A stretch of 64,000 nt of DNA from Escherichia phage CMSTMSU, in the sequence record MH494197.1. The stretch is one strand, 5' to 3'. The notes beneath the pieces are model-generated. The model was not told where the DNA came from, did not search any database, and was given only the letters and a program-made list of their open reading frames with translations. Within the stretch, counting starts at the first letter, position 1. Every line of letters starts with the position of its first letter. The translations under genes were made by a program, and so were the position numbers. This document shows positions 63,691 to 64,000 of the stretch, piece by piece.

Positions 63691-63717
63691 ACAAAACAAA
63701 AAGCCCACCCGTGGGCT
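63691..63717 (-). terminator. rho-independent terminator (minus strand)
   Basis: stem AGCCCAC/GTGGGCT with U-rich tail in minus transcript. Confidence 0.55.
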
Positions 63718-64000
63718 GTATTAATCAGTAAGTAAAATATTAAACACTTTACCATTTAACGTTATTGGTGCACTGCTACCGTGCTCAAGATCCGTTAGTA
63801 TACCTGCAATCGCTTTATCATTGGCGACCTTTCCAGTGTCCAACAGTACGACAGTACTGATAAGATTAACGCTCGTTTCAATATCATAATGCACGGCGTT
63901 AAGGAGTTGTGTATACTGCTTTCGTTAAGTAAAACTATTCGTGCTGTCATGATGTACCCGTAGTATCTATCAACGGCAATTAATAACGCCGGAATGCGTT

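Noticed and set aside
1-64000. Prophage or integrative element (integrase, att sites, transposase)
   Set aside because: No recombinase or transposase-like ORF and no flanking bacterial-type genes were seen; gene density, strand bias and rnlA point to a lytic phage genome segment.

Overview
AT-rich, phage-like 64 kb segment in which every supportable gene lies on the minus strand (transcribed right to left). The left edge carries a T4-type RNA ligase 1 (rnlA); the rest looks like a very large accessory (hyperplastic) region of a T4-type or similar large lytic phage. (i) 0-22 kb: assorted small genes, including a PF05869-type Dam-like N6-adenine methyltransferase and an HxGH nucleotidyltransferase, both interrupted. 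(ii) about 13.5-42 kb: more than 40 diverged tandem paralogs sharing an E-E-x-[YFLI]-F-Q-x-S-[LT]-[VIL] core (family A). (iii) about 40-48 kb: at least 25 tandem 60-85 aa paralogs sharing an L-G-T-N-Y-Q-E-x-Y-V core (family B). (iv) 48-64 kb: about 30 very small genes, each preceded by a sigma70-like promoter plus 5' stem-loop cassette (PeSL-like), interspersed with a ~130 bp repeated element; this part is visibly GC-richer. A GTAC-centred palindromic motif, (A/T)GTACT(G), is strikingly frequent throughout. Many reading frames are broken by apparent single-nucleotide indels, so gene boundaries are approximate. No rRNA, tRNA, CRISPR array, integrase or transposase was recognised. All statements are from reading the sequence and the supplied ORF track; no searches were run.
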